A stretch of DNA of 64,000 nucleotides from Cellvibrionales bacterium (GCA_016713115.1 JADJPU010000001.1:411762-475761); one strand, 5' to 3'; counted from the stretch's first letter, positions 8,645 to 19,012 are shown. The notes: generated by a model from the sequence alone, not told the origin. A program made the numbers and translations.

Positions 8645-10267
8645 ATGCACACCTCGACACATTTACACCACGATGTCCTCGTGATCGGCAGCGACACTGC
8701 GGGTTTAACGCTCGCGCTAAATCTCGCTGACAAAGGCAGCATTGCCGTCATCAGCAAAGGCCATGTGCAAGATGGCTCCACGCGCTACGCGCAGGGCGGC
8801 ATTGCGGCGGTGTTGGACAGCAACGATTCTACGGAAGCGCATATCGCCGACACCCTCGTCGCTGGTGCTGGTTTATGCAATGAAGATGCGGTGCGTTTTA
8901 CCGTGGAAAACGGGCGCGACAGCATTCAATGGTTGATCGATATCGGTGTGGATTTCACGCGCGAACCGGGCGGCACCGAGTTTCACCTCACGCGCGAAGG
9001 CGGTCACAGCACACGCCGCATTATTCACAGCGCGGACGCCACTGGGCGCGCCGTATCTAGCACATTAAGTGAACAAGCGCTCGCACAAAAAAATATCGCC
9101 GTGTTTGAAAATCATTTGGCGATTGATTTGATCGTGCAAGCCGACGCTGACAGCGGGAAAATGCGCTGCACTGGCGCGTATGTATTTGATAGCGAAAAAA
9201 ATGAAGTGAAAGTGTTTCATGCGCGCTTTGTGGTGCTCGCCACCGGCGGCGCGAGCAAGGTGTATTTGTACACCAGCAATCCCGATAGCGCATCTGGCGA
9301 CGGCATTGCGATGGCGTGGCGCGCCGGCTGTCGCGTGGCGAATATGGAATTTAATCAATTCCATCCCACTTGTTTGTTTCACCCAAAAGCCAAATCACTG
9401 TTGATGACCGAAGCGCTGCGCGGTGAAGGCGCACATCTCAAATTGCCGTCTGGCGAGCGTTTTATGGCGCGTTTTGATGAGCGCATGGAATTGGCGCCGC
9501 GCGATATTGTGGCGCGCGCCATCGATCATGAAATGAAACGCCTCGGCATCGATTTTGTGCTGCTCGATATCAGTCACAAAGCCGCGGATTTTATTCGCGA
9601 ACATTTTCCCACTGTGTATGAAAACTGTTTGCAATACGGCATTGACATCACAAAAGAAGCTATCCCCGTCGTTCCCGCTGCACATTACACCTGCGGCGGC
9701 GTGGTAGTGGACAAACGCGGTCGCACCGACCTCAGCAATTTGTACGCCATCGGTGAAACTTCTTGCACCGGTTTGCACGGCGCCAACCGCATGGCGAGCA
9801 ATTCGCTGCTGGAATGTTTTGTGTATGCGCGTTCTGCCGCGCACGATATTGCGCAGCGCTGGGAGCAAGTGACTGCGCCGACCACCGCACCGGATTGGGA
9901 TGCCTCGCGCGTGATTGATTCCGATGAAGCGGTAGTGATTTCTCACAACTGGGACGAGTTGCGCCGCTTCATGTGGGATTACGTCGGCATTGTGCGCAGT
10001 TGCAAACGATTGCAGCGCGCACTGAATCGCGTGGAAGTATTGCAGCGCGAAATTTTGGAGTACTACAGCAACTACCGCGTGAGCAGTGATTTTCTCGAAC
10101 TGCGCAATCTCGCCATCGTTGCCAAATTGATTATTCGCTCGGCGATGTCGCGCCGTGAAAGTCGCGGCCTGCACTACAACATCGATTACCCGACTACCAG
10201 CCCCATCGCACGCGATACCATTTTAGTGCCGACCAATTTTGCCGGCCAAGATGTGCGGCTCGATTAA
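8645..10267 (+). CDS. nadB: L-aspartate oxidase
   Basis: 540 aa with an N-terminal FAD dinucleotide fold ([12 protein letters not shown]). It shows full-length similarity to the succinate dehydrogenase/fumarate reductase flavoprotein family, with NadB-type length and motifs ([20 protein letters not shown]). Confidence 0.93.
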   Translation: MHTSTHLHHDVLVIGSDTAGLTLALNLADKGSIAVISKGHVQDGSTRYAQGGIAAVLDSNDSTEAHIADTLVAGAGLCNEDAVRFTVENGRDSIQWLIDIGVDFTREPGGTEFHLTREGGHSTRRIIHSADATGRAVSSTLSEQALAQKNIAVFENHLAIDLIVQADADSGKMRCTGAYVFDSEKNEVKVFHARFVVLATGGASKVYLYTSNPDSASGDGIAMAWRAGCRVANMEFNQFHPTCLFHPKAKSLLMTEALRGEGAHLKLPSGERFMARFDERMELAPRDIVARAIDHEMKRLGIDFVLLDISHKAADFIREHFPTVYENCLQYGIDITKEAIPVVPAAHYTCGGVVVDKRGRTDLSNLYAIGETSCTGLHGANRMASNSLLECFVYARSAAHDIAQRWEQVTAPTTAPDWDASRVIDSDEAVVISHNWDELRRFMWDYVGIVRSCKRLQRALNRVEVLQREILEYYSNYRVSSDFLELRNLAIVAKLIIRSAMSRRESRGLHYNIDYPTTSPIARDTILVPTNFAGQDVRLD

Positions 10268-10278
10268 ACCGGCATCAT

Positions 10279-10524
10279 TCACTGACTGTTTTTAATGATT
10301 TGCAGAATACGCACCAGATCAGGATTTTCTGGTGCAGAGTGACCTAAACGCCACGCCAGCAAATCTTGGTCTTCCGCCTCTAGCAGTTTCACATACGCGT
10401 CTTGATCCGCTTCCGGCAACGCTTGGAAATGTTTGTCGGCAAACGGCACCAGTGCCAAATCTAACTCCAGCATCCCACGCCTGCTGTGCCAACGCACGCG
10501 CTGAAAATTATGTTTTTCTGACAT
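10279..10524 (-). CDS. sdhE: FAD assembly factor SdhE (YgfY)
   Basis: Start at ATG 10524 (MSEKHNFQRVRWHSRRGMLELDL..) with the conserved RGxxE motif. It is divergent from ygfZ, as in enterics. Confidence 0.88.
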   Translation of the reverse strand: MSEKHNFQRVRWHSRRGMLELDLALVPFADKHFQALPEADQDAYVKLLEAEDQDLLAWRLGHSAPENPDLVRILQIIKNSQ

Positions 10525-10582
10525 TGCGGCACGCCTCTGAAAGTTCTTTAATGTCGCCATTATACCTTTCGGATTTTGTCAC

Positions 10583-11527
10583 ATGCGTCAGTTTGCCGCT
10601 TTATCAGATGCCACCGTTGTCAGTACGCTGGATGACAGCCTCGGGCTTCTCGCCATCAACGGCATCGACAGCGCGAAATTTCTGCAAGGACAAATCACCT
10701 GCAATCTGCAAGACATTACACCACAACAATCGCGCCTCGGCGCGCACTGCACCCACAAAGGCCGCATGGTGGCGAGCTTCCGCCTGCTACAAAACGCCGA
10801 ACACAGTTATTTATTTGTACTGCCAAAAACAACACTGGCAGCACTGCAAAAATCACTCGCTAAATACATCGTATTTTCCAAAGCAAAACTCAGTGACGCA
10901 TCCGGCGACTATGTGTTGCGCGGCATCAGCGGCACACAAGCACAACAGCGCGTAGCGGAAGTGTTTGGCGCCGCGCCCAACGCATCGAACGCTCAACACA
11001 GCAACGAAAATGGCAGTGTGATTTGCATCAACGCACAAACGCCGCGCTATCTCTGCGTCATACCACAAGCATCGGCTGCTGCAGTGGACAGCGCGCTGTC
11101 TGCCTCTGCACAAATTGCCGACAGCCACTACTGGCACTGGTTAGATATTCGCGACGGCATCGGCTCTGTGCATGCTGAGACAACCGAAGAATTTATTCCG
11201 CAAATGCTGAACCTGCAATTACAAGAAGGCATCAGTTTCACGAAAGGCTGCTACACCGGACAAGAAATTGTGGCGCGCATGCAGTATCGCGGTATTTTGA
11301 AAAAAGCGATGTATCGTATTAGCGGCAGTGGCACAGCGCCATTACCCAATACAGCTGTTTTCCAAGAAAATAACACGCAAGCAGTGGGACATATTGTCAA
11401 CGCAGAAAATATCGACGAAAAAAACTGGGAAGCATTAGCCGTCATCAATCACGACGCGATAGAGCACGCCTTGCATCTTGAAAACACATCGGGCATTACT
11501 GTTCTGACACTACCTTACACACTGTAG
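10583..11527 (+). CDS. ygfZ: Folate-binding Fe-S cluster repair/tRNA-modification protein YgfZ
   Basis: 314 aa of the GcvT-like fold with the signature KGCYTGQEIVARMQYRG. Divergent pairing with sdhE. Confidence 0.88.
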   Translation: MRQFAALSDATVVSTLDDSLGLLAINGIDSAKFLQGQITCNLQDITPQQSRLGAHCTHKGRMVASFRLLQNAEHSYLFVLPKTTLAALQKSLAKYIVFSKAKLSDASGDYVLRGISGTQAQQRVAEVFGAAPNASNAQHSNENGSVICINAQTPRYLCVIPQASAAAVDSALSASAQIADSHYWHWLDIRDGIGSVHAETTEEFIPQMLNLQLQEGISFTKGCYTGQEIVARMQYRGILKKAMYRISGSGTAPLPNTAVFQENNTQAVGHIVNAENIDEKNWEALAVINHDAIEHALHLENTSGITVLTLPYTL

Positions 11528-11537
11528 GAGAGACATC

Positions 11538-12458
11538 ATGGCGACTGTTGGCTTGATCGGCTTAGGACGCATGGGCGGCAATATGGCGCGCCGCTGGCAA
11601 CAACACGGCGTCAATGTGATCGCTTTTAATCGCAATCACGATGTAACGAAATCTTTGGCCACAGAATGCGGGCTTGTCGCTGCTACTTCTATCGAACAAT
11701 TGGTACAGCAATTACCTGCGCCGCGCGTGGTGTGGTTGATGTTGCCCGCAGGCGCTGTCACGCAACAACATATCGACGCGGTATTGCCACTGTTATCCGC
11801 CGGCGATGTGTTGGTGGATGGCGCCAATTCTTATTTCAAAGACTCCTTAGCGCGCGCTGAAAAAATTCATCAAAACACCAGCGTGCAGTATGTGGACGCC
11901 GGCGTTTCCGGCGGCATCTGGGGCTTGCAGAACGGTTACTGCATCATGGCCGGTGGCAGCGCAGCAGCGATAAAAACCATCACACCCTTGTTGCAAACTT
12001 TAGCACCAGCCGCCGATCGCGGCTGGTTGCATACAGGGCCAACAGGCAGCGGCCATTTCACCAAAATGGTTCACAACGGCATTGAGTACGGCATGATGCA
12101 AGCGCTCTCGGAAGGCTTTTCATTATTGAAAGCGCGCGAAGATTTTCAACTCGACCTCGCCGCGATTGCTGAATTGTGGCGACACAGCAGCGTGGTGCGC
12201 AGTTGGCTGCTCGATTTGTGCGGCGATTTTTTACAGCAGGATCAACAACTCGACAATATTGCGCCATTCGTTGCCGACTCCGGTGAAGGCCGATGGACCG
12301 CACTCGAAGCCATTGAACAAGGTATTCCCGCACCCGTGATGAGCCTCGCTCTAATGATGCGTTTTGCCAGCCAAGGCAAAAATGATTTTAGCGACAAAAT
12401 GCTCGCCAAAATGCGCGAGGGGTTTGGTGGACATAAAGTTGAGCATGAAAAGAAATAA
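11538..12458 (+). CDS. gnd: 6-phosphogluconate dehydrogenase (decarboxylating), short ~300-aa form
   Basis: N-terminal Rossmann motif GLIGLGRMGGNMARR and a 6PGD core (GVSGG..G.CIMAGG, GSGHFTKMVHNGIEYGMMQA). Confidence 0.85.
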   Translation: MATVGLIGLGRMGGNMARRWQQHGVNVIAFNRNHDVTKSLATECGLVAATSIEQLVQQLPAPRVVWLMLPAGAVTQQHIDAVLPLLSAGDVLVDGANSYFKDSLARAEKIHQNTSVQYVDAGVSGGIWGLQNGYCIMAGGSAAAIKTITPLLQTLAPAADRGWLHTGPTGSGHFTKMVHNGIEYGMMQALSEGFSLLKAREDFQLDLAAIAELWRHSSVVRSWLLDLCGDFLQQDQQLDNIAPFVADSGEGRWTALEAIEQGIPAPVMSLALMMRFASQGKNDFSDKMLAKMREGFGGHKVEHEKK

Positions 12459-12473
12459 TTGCCACAAACACCA

Positions 12474-13313
12474 CTAACGCCACCCATCTAAAAACAACAA
12501 CTGTGCCGCCACGGCTGGATCATCCGCATCCGTCACCGCATACAAGCGCTGCATATCTTGCGCTAGAGCGATGCCTTCGATTTTGCATGTGCCAGACACG
12601 CGCTGATAACGCAATACATCTCCTTGCAGGGAAACTTCGCCGATGATGGCGCCGAGGCAGGCACCGTCGTTGTAGCTGTCATCGGTCGCTTCCGCCACCG
12701 CAGAAAATAAAATATTGCCGTTGGGCAAACACAGACCATCCGTAAACGCGCAGGGAATGCCATCTATCACAGGCAGCGCCACGGGAATCATTTTTACATC
12801 ACTCGACGCAGGAAATGTTTTTGTATTGGTGATGACCAATGCACTGGTTTGTTGTCGATTGCCGCGCTGCAACAACACCAACTGCTCACCGCAAATTACC
12901 GCGCCTTCGATATTGCAATCTGCCAGCGCCAAGGCCGTATACAGCGGCGCCAAATTCAAAGTAATGACTGTATTCGACAACTCACCCTGTTCATCAAACG
13001 GCAGCAACACAGCCTGCTGGCGCTGTGCCGTTGAACCCGAACCCAAGACCAACAAAGCGCCGAAAGGGTAATCACTGCATGCAGGCCACAACAACAGAGT
13101 TTCGAAATCTGGCTTTGCTGCTTTGCGCGCTTTTTTCTCAGCGGGCAATTCACCAGCTAGCAAACGCAGCGGCTGAAAATAATCTGCATCATCCAAACGA
13201 AATACACCAAGATGCAGCGCGTCATCCGCCACCACATAAAAATACTGCCCCTGTATCACCAAACCACTCGCCGCACTGAGCGGCAAGCTGCGAATGACTT
13301 GTGCGGTAATCAA
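12474..13313 (-). CDS. Conserved hypothetical protein (possible beta-propeller-like fold)
   Basis: A 279-aa ORF with a TTG start preceded by GAGGTG. No signal peptide and no recognisable catalytic motif. Repeated ..IEG(A/I)A.. segments recall phytase-like/DUF3616-type propellers, but this is weak. Confidence 0.45.
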   Translation of the reverse strand: MITAQVIRSLPLSAASGLVIQGQYFYVVADDALHLGVFRLDDADYFQPLRLLAGELPAEKKARKAAKPDFETLLLWPACSDYPFGALLVLGSGSTAQRQQAVLLPFDEQGELSNTVITLNLAPLYTALALADCNIEGAVICGEQLVLLQRGNRQQTSALVITNTKTFPASSDVKMIPVALPVIDGIPCAFTDGLCLPNGNILFSAVAEATDDSYNDGACLGAIIGEVSLQGDVLRYQRVSGTCKIEGIALAQDMQRLYAVTDADDPAVAAQLLFLDGWR

Positions 13314-13397
13314 TCGTCACACCTCTCTTTTTTTACGTTCAGCACTGCCCGCTTCTGCGAGTAGAATACAGGCTCCATCACCCCAACGGATGACGCC

Positions 13398-14066
13398 ATG
13401 CGCGATTTCTGGATAGCACCCTCCATACTCTCGGCCGATTTTGCACGCCTCGGCGAGGAAGTCGACAAAGTGTTAGTCGCTGGTGCCGATGTGGTGCATT
13501 TTGATGTGATGGACAACCACTATGTGCCCAACCTCACCATCGGGCCGATGGTGTGCAAAGCGCTGCGCAAGTACGGCGTGACGGCACCCATCGATGTGCA
13601 TTTGATGGTGAAACCGGTGGATCGCATCATCGGCGATTTTATTGAGGCCGGTGCGAGCTACATCACTTTCCACCCCGAAGCTTCCGAACACATCGACCGC
13701 TCCCTGCAACTCATCCACAGCGGTGGCTGCAAAGCCGGTTTGGTGTTGAACCCTGCCACCTCTCCCGACTGCTTGAAATATGTGATGGATAAACTCGACA
13801 TGATTTTGCTGATGTCAGTTAACCCTGGCTTCGGCGGGCAATCCTTTATTCCTTCCACTCTCGACAAATTACGCACCGTGCGCACACTGATTGATACCAG
13901 CGGCTACAACATCCGCTTGGAAGTGGATGGCGGTGTAAGTGAAAAAAATATCGCTGAAATTGCACAAGCGGGCGCGGATACATTTGTCGCCGGCTCCGCG
14001 ATTTTTAACAAACCCGACTACAAAGCTGTGATCGATGCCATGCGCGCTGCGCTCGCTGATGCATAA
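13398..14066 (+). CDS. rpe: Ribulose-phosphate 3-epimerase
   Basis: Canonical Rpe sequence ([51 protein letters not shown]). Confidence 0.95.
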   Translation: MRDFWIAPSILSADFARLGEEVDKVLVAGADVVHFDVMDNHYVPNLTIGPMVCKALRKYGVTAPIDVHLMVKPVDRIIGDFIEAGASYITFHPEASEHIDRSLQLIHSGGCKAGLVLNPATSPDCLKYVMDKLDMILLMSVNPGFGGQSFIPSTLDKLRTVRTLIDTSGYNIRLEVDGGVSEKNIAEIAQAGADTFVAGSAIFNKPDYKAVIDAMRAALADA

Positions 14067-14086
14067 ATAAAAAAGGAAACGCCGCC

Positions 14087-14554
14087 ATGACCAAGAACAT
14101 TCAACCCTACAGCGAACGCCAAGAAAAATTTGGCAGTTGGTTGATACGCAACATCGGCAAATGGCAAGTGGCGGTGTATCGCGCCACCGGCGGTCGCGTG
14201 TGGAATCGCTTTCTCGGTGCGCCGGTTGCCATCCTCACCAGCACAGGACATAAATCGGGTGAGATTCGCCGCACGCCTTTATTGTTTTTAGAGCAAGGGG
14301 AAACAGTGGTGATTGCAGCATCCAAAGGTGGCATGTCAAAACCACCGGTGTGGATGCTCAACTTACAGAAAAAACCTGCCTGCGAAATTCAAATTGGCGC
14401 GGTGAATCGACCAATGTGTGCTCGCATTGCCAGCACCGAAGAAGAAAAAGTCTTGTGGCCAAAACTGACAGCCATCTACGCAGACTTTGATGAATATCGC
14501 GCGCGTACAGAAGGCGTGCGTCACATTCCGCTGTTTGTGTTAGAGCCGCGCTAG
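14087..14554 (+). CDS. Deazaflavin (F420)-dependent nitroreductase-family oxidoreductase (Ddn/DUF385-like)
   Basis: A 155-aa split-barrel protein with the family pattern (..LGAPVAILTSTGHKSGEIRRTPLLFLEQGETVVIAASKGGMSKPPVWMLNLQ..P..EIQIG). Confidence 0.75.
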   Translation: MTKNIQPYSERQEKFGSWLIRNIGKWQVAVYRATGGRVWNRFLGAPVAILTSTGHKSGEIRRTPLLFLEQGETVVIAASKGGMSKPPVWMLNLQKKPACEIQIGAVNRPMCARIASTEEEKVLWPKLTAIYADFDEYRARTEGVRHIPLFVLEPR

Positions 14555-14555
14555 C

Positions 14556-16214
14556 TTACGGCGCAAGCACCAAGCGACACATTTCGCCTCGCCCATCCTC
14601 ACCCCACCACTGCAAAGCATCTGGATTAACTGACGCAGGCAGATGCACAAACAAACGGCGCTGCGCTAATGGCAGCCATTGCACAGGCAACAACAGAGGC
14701 CAATCTCGCCAACGCACCGCACGCAAGGGCATGCTCCAGCCAGAAACATGCGTCGCCGCCACAAAAGCTGTGCCGTAATAGCGCACGGCGTTATTACCCT
14801 CCGTTAAATAAATCTTTTTAATTCGAGCAGCGCCATCGGTTTCTTGCAGAATGTAATCAACAAACGCTTTCTTGCTGACAGGTGTTTTGCGTTCAAGACG
14901 AGCATTACAAATCACATCTGTAGGAACCACGGATTGCTTAAGCTGGTAGTAAATATCCATATTTTGCTCACGCAAATACGCATGACTATTCTCTAAGGTT
15001 GCTGGCAAGCCCTGCAGTGCATCTTCACGCAAGCCAGCGAGATGGCGAAAATTGCCATTCAAGGCCACCACTTTGGCCAACTCCATTTTGTTGGAATAAT
15101 CGCCCAGTACAGCCCACGCCGCTATGCTGGCAGACAACACGCCGCCCACTACAAAAACCACAATTCCATTAGAAAAAATATTTCTGATTTGCAGCAGCTT
15201 TAATGCCGAGAAAAACCACAGCGGCGCGATATACACATAGTAGCGCGAGACATCCGCATCCAAGCCCATCCACTGATAGCGACCGATAGCAATAATGCAG
15301 GCGATACCAAAAAATAAAATCACTATATGATCGGATAAGTTTCCCACTCGCAAAACCCAGCAGCGCCATACGCTGTGCGCCACAGACAGCAGCATCAGCA
15401 CACCCAGCCAGCGGCAATCACCCCAGGCGCTGAACGGGAACGCCAAATATTGCAGCAACAAATTCGGCGCTTGCCAAAAAAACGGATTAGGCTGTTGCAA
15501 CAAAGCGCTGTTGTTTTTCTCTGGCATGAGCAAGCACGCCATCAGCAATACAAACACGGCATAACCCACTACCACTGCAATGGGCAGCTTTTTGCCTTCT
15601 CGCCATTGCACGAGTAACAACAAAGAAAAACCGGCAATGGCAGCAATACCGGAACCACAAGAAAACGCCGACAAAAATAGCAACATACAGGGCAACCACA
15701 CACGGCGTGGAGTTTGCCAATACAAAAGATACGCCAACAATGCAAACAACACAGCCAAATAATGCTGTATCAACACTTCCCAATTGATCACATAAGTTTG
15801 CAGCGGATTAAAAAACAGCAGTAGCGCCAATACTGTGCAGGCTACAGGCCGCTGGAAATCGCGCAGCGCAATGCGCCACATGCACCAAGTGCAAGCAAAT
15901 GACACCAAAAAAGATGCGGCGCGAATAAAGCGGCCGGATGCACCAAACCAGGAAAAATCGATCCAAAAACCTAATTTGGGAACGGCGAGAATATGCACCA
16001 ATGCGTATTTGCGCAGCAGCTCTTGTGCGATTTCTACTGCACTCAATGCACCGAGCTGACGAAACGCAGGCAGCGTGTCCCACATTTCACCGAAGATGCC
16101 ATCGCTGTGCGCTAACCACTGCCAATAAACCGCCAGCGCCAACCAAAAGACAGCAAAAACTTTTAACCCAGCGGGCAAGTTGCGCAGAAACATCCCTGTC
16201 TCACTGCGCAGCAT
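14556..16214 (-). CDS. Polytopic inner-membrane protein of unknown family, paralog of 51266..53050
   Basis: 552 aa with more than 10 hydrophobic segments and a ~170-aa C-terminal soluble region. It shares a post-TM1 motif (GEMWDTLPAF versus RDMWEVMPFL) and overall architecture with the 594-aa ORF at 51266..53050. Confidence 0.6.
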   Translation of the reverse strand: MLRSETGMFLRNLPAGLKVFAVFWLALAVYWQWLAHSDGIFGEMWDTLPAFRQLGALSAVEIAQELLRKYALVHILAVPKLGFWIDFSWFGASGRFIRAASFLVSFACTWCMWRIALRDFQRPVACTVLALLLFFNPLQTYVINWEVLIQHYLAVLFALLAYLLYWQTPRRVWLPCMLLFLSAFSCGSGIAAIAGFSLLLLVQWREGKKLPIAVVVGYAVFVLLMACLLMPEKNNSALLQQPNPFFWQAPNLLLQYLAFPFSAWGDCRWLGVLMLLSVAHSVWRCWVLRVGNLSDHIVILFFGIACIIAIGRYQWMGLDADVSRYYVYIAPLWFFSALKLLQIRNIFSNGIVVFVVGGVLSASIAAWAVLGDYSNKMELAKVVALNGNFRHLAGLREDALQGLPATLENSHAYLREQNMDIYYQLKQSVVPTDVICNARLERKTPVSKKAFVDYILQETDGAARIKKIYLTEGNNAVRYYGTAFVAATHVSGWSMPLRAVRWRDWPLLLPVQWLPLAQRRLFVHLPASVNPDALQWWGEDGRGEMCRLVLAP

Positions 16215-16220
16215 CTTGTC

Positions 16221-17615
16221 TTAGGCTCGAATGTTGGCCGTCATAAACTGCTGCACAGCCTGCAAATCTTTGGGCAACACCGTGCAGCGTTCTTCACGCG
16301 CGAATAAATCACTCATGTGCGCGGGCAGCGGCGGATCTTGCGAATAACCCGCTTTGCGCACGGCTTCTGGAAATTTGGCGGGATGCGCGGTAGCCAAGGT
16401 AATCACGGGTAAATCTTTTGATGCGCGACACTGACGCGCAGCTTCTACACCGATTGCGGAATGTGGGTCGAGCAGGTACTCGCTCTCTGCCAATACCTGT
16501 GCAATGGTGTTACAAGTTTGCTCGTCGTCCACGGCCAAGCTGGCAAACAATGCGCGCGCTTGCGCAAAACGCGCGGCAGCAATCGACACCGCGCCGCTTT
16601 TGAAATCTTCCATCAATTTAGCAATCGCCGCGCCGTCGCGCTCGTGCAATTCAAACAACATGCGCTCGAAGTTGCTGGAGATCATGATGTCCATGCTGGG
16701 CGACAGCGTGTGCGCCAATTCTGTTTTTTCTAAACGATTGCCGCTCATAAAGCGGTGCAAAATATCGTTGCGGTTGGTAGCAATGATTAATTGCGCAATT
16801 GGCAAACCCATGCGCTTGGCCACATAGCCGGCAAAAATATCGCCAAAGTTGCCGGTTGGCACAGAAAACTGCATGGCGCGCTGCGGCGCACCCAACTGCA
16901 CAGCCGCGTAAAAGTAGTACACCACTTGCGCCATGATGCGCGCCCAGTTGATGGAATTCACCGCCACCAGCGGTTTGCCTTTTAAAAACGATTGATCAGC
17001 AAAAGAATCTTTCACCATCTGCTGACAATCATCAAAATTGCCTTGCACGGCGATATTGTGAATATTCGGCGCAAGCACAGTCGTCATCTGTTTGCGCTGC
17101 ACATCTGACACACGCTGATGCGGATGCAAAATAAAAATGTCGATATTTTCGCAGCGGCGGCAGCCTTCAATGGCGGCCGATCCAGTATCACCCGACGTGG
17201 CGCCCATAATCACCACGCGCTCTTGGCGCTTGGCTAACACGGCATCTAATAAACGGCCGAGCAGTTGCAGCGCCACATCTTTGAACGCCAGCGTAGGGCC
17301 GTGAAACAACTCCAACACCCACTCATTGCTACCGAGTTGCACCAGCGGAGTGACGGCGGGATGGCGAAAGGTGGTGTAGGTTTCGCGAATAATGTTTTCT
17401 AACTCTGCTTGTGGAATGCAGCCCGCTACAAACGGCGAAATCACTTTGATCGCCACTTCGCTGTACGGCAAGCCAGACCACGAAGCGATCTCTTGTGCAG
17501 AAAATTGCGGATAGGTTTCCGGCACATACAGGCCGCCGTCAGAGGCCAAGCCGGTCAACAACACTTGTTCAAAATTGAGCGCAGGGGCTTTACCGCGTGT
17601 ACTGATGTATTTCAT
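16221..17615 (-). CDS. thrC: Threonine synthase
   Basis: The ORF-track start at 17633 is TTG; ATG 17615 gives MKYISTRG. PLP-lysine motif HGPTLAFKD. Directly downstream of hom. Confidence 0.94.
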   Translation of the reverse strand: MKYISTRGKAPALNFEQVLLTGLASDGGLYVPETYPQFSAQEIASWSGLPYSEVAIKVISPFVAGCIPQAELENIIRETYTTFRHPAVTPLVQLGSNEWVLELFHGPTLAFKDVALQLLGRLLDAVLAKRQERVVIMGATSGDTGSAAIEGCRRCENIDIFILHPHQRVSDVQRKQMTTVLAPNIHNIAVQGNFDDCQQMVKDSFADQSFLKGKPLVAVNSINWARIMAQVVYYFYAAVQLGAPQRAMQFSVPTGNFGDIFAGYVAKRMGLPIAQLIIATNRNDILHRFMSGNRLEKTELAHTLSPSMDIMISSNFERMLFELHERDGAAIAKLMEDFKSGAVSIAAARFAQARALFASLAVDDEQTCNTIAQVLAESEYLLDPHSAIGVEAARQCRASKDLPVITLATAHPAKFPEAVRKAGYSQDPPLPAHMSDLFAREERCTVLPKDLQAVQQFMTANIRA

Positions 17616-17629
17616 TGCATTTTTTCCAA

Positions 17630-18952
17630 TCAAGTGCCTAGCGCTTCAACGCGCAATTTAATTGCTGGTGCCACCACAAAATCTTTTTGCGCGAGATCCG
17701 CCATCACGCCGTCGATAGCAGATTCTTGCACCACATTAGTAATCAACACGATGCTCACTTGCGCGCTGCCGCGTTGCGGTTCTTTTTGAATAATCGCCTC
17801 GATGCTCACGCCGACATTGCTGAGCAATTGCGTCACCGCCGACATCACACCCGGTTTATCGGTCACCACTAAACGCAAGTAATACGCCGAGTGAATTTGC
17901 GTGATCGGTAAAATTTCGCGCGTACGAATTGCCGCTGGCACAAAGCCCATGTACGGCACGGGCAAGTGGTGTTCGTATTTGGTTTTGTCGTGCGACACGG
18001 CGCGCGCCACATCCACAATATCCGCAATCACGGCGGAAGCCGTTGGCTCACTGCCCGCGCCGGCACCGCTGTACAGCGTAGGCCCTACGGCATCGCCCAT
18101 CACCATCACCGCATTTTTTGCGCCATCGACTTTGGCGAGCAAACTGTCACTCGGCACCAGCGTGGGGTTCACGCGCAACTCCACACCGGCTGCACTTTCG
18201 CGCGCAATGCCTAAATGTTTAATGCAATAACCCAACTCGGCGGCGTAGCGAATATCTTCTTGCGTGATAGTGGTAATGCCTTCGGTATAAATTTTTTTAA
18301 TTTCTAGCGGCATACCGAAAGCAATGGAAGCCAGAATCACCAATTTGTGCGCCGCGTCGATGCCTTCCACATCAAAAGTGGGATCCGCTTCGGCGTAACC
18401 CAAACGCTGCGCTTCTTTCAGCACATCGGCAAAGGCACTGCCTTTTTGACTCATTTCGGTGAGGATGAAATTGGTGGTGCCGTTGATAATGCCCGCCACC
18501 CATTCGATGCGGTTCGCAACCAAACCATCGCGCAGGGCTTTGATGATGGGAATGCCGCCAGCCACCGCCGCTTCATACGCCACCGCCACTTGTTTTTTGG
18601 CAGCGGCGGCAAAAATTTCTGCACCGTGATGTGCAATTAAAGCTTTGTTAGCCGTGACAACATGCTTGTCGTTTTCGATGGCTTTCAGCACCAAGTCACG
18701 CGCTGCATCCGTGCCGCCGATCAACTCGACCACGATGTCCACTGCTGGGTCTTCCAACACCGCAAAAATATCGCGGCTCAAAGTGACATCGGATGTATCG
18801 CAATCTTCGCGATCGCGGCGCGCACCCACATGCACAATTTTCACATCGCAACCGGCGCGCGCGTTGATCAAAGCCGCATTGCGCGCCATCACATTAAAAA
18901 CACCACTACCAACCGTTCCTAGGCCGCACAGACCCACAGTGACTTTTTTCAC
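17630..18952 (-). CDS. hom: Homoserine dehydrogenase
   Basis: The ORF-track start at 18967 is TTG. GTG 18952 lies after AGAGGG and gives VKKVTVGLCGLGTVGSG (NAD fold). A C-terminal ACT domain is present. hom-thrC operon order. Confidence 0.92.
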   Translation of the reverse strand: MKKVTVGLCGLGTVGSGVFNVMARNAALINARAGCDVKIVHVGARRDREDCDTSDVTLSRDIFAVLEDPAVDIVVELIGGTDAARDLVLKAIENDKHVVTANKALIAHHGAEIFAAAAKKQVAVAYEAAVAGGIPIIKALRDGLVANRIEWVAGIINGTTNFILTEMSQKGSAFADVLKEAQRLGYAEADPTFDVEGIDAAHKLVILASIAFGMPLEIKKIYTEGITTITQEDIRYAAELGYCIKHLGIARESAAGVELRVNPTLVPSDSLLAKVDGAKNAVMVMGDAVGPTLYSGAGAGSEPTASAVIADIVDVARAVSHDKTKYEHHLPVPYMGFVPAAIRTREILPITQIHSAYYLRLVVTDKPGVMSAVTQLLSNVGVSIEAIIQKEPQRGSAQVSIVLITNVVQESAIDGVMADLAQKDFVVAPAIKLRVEALGT

Positions 18953-19012
18953 GACAAACCCTCTCAAACAAGCCGCGCATTGTAGCGCAGGCTCGGAGAG
19001 TGGACGGCAAAA

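Noticed and set aside
10279-10524. SdhE (YgfY/CptB) as the antitoxin of a CptA-CptB toxin-antitoxin pair.
   Set aside because: No ygfX/cptA-like membrane toxin gene follows it; nadB ends 11 nt away on the other strand. It is treated as the flavinylation factor only.
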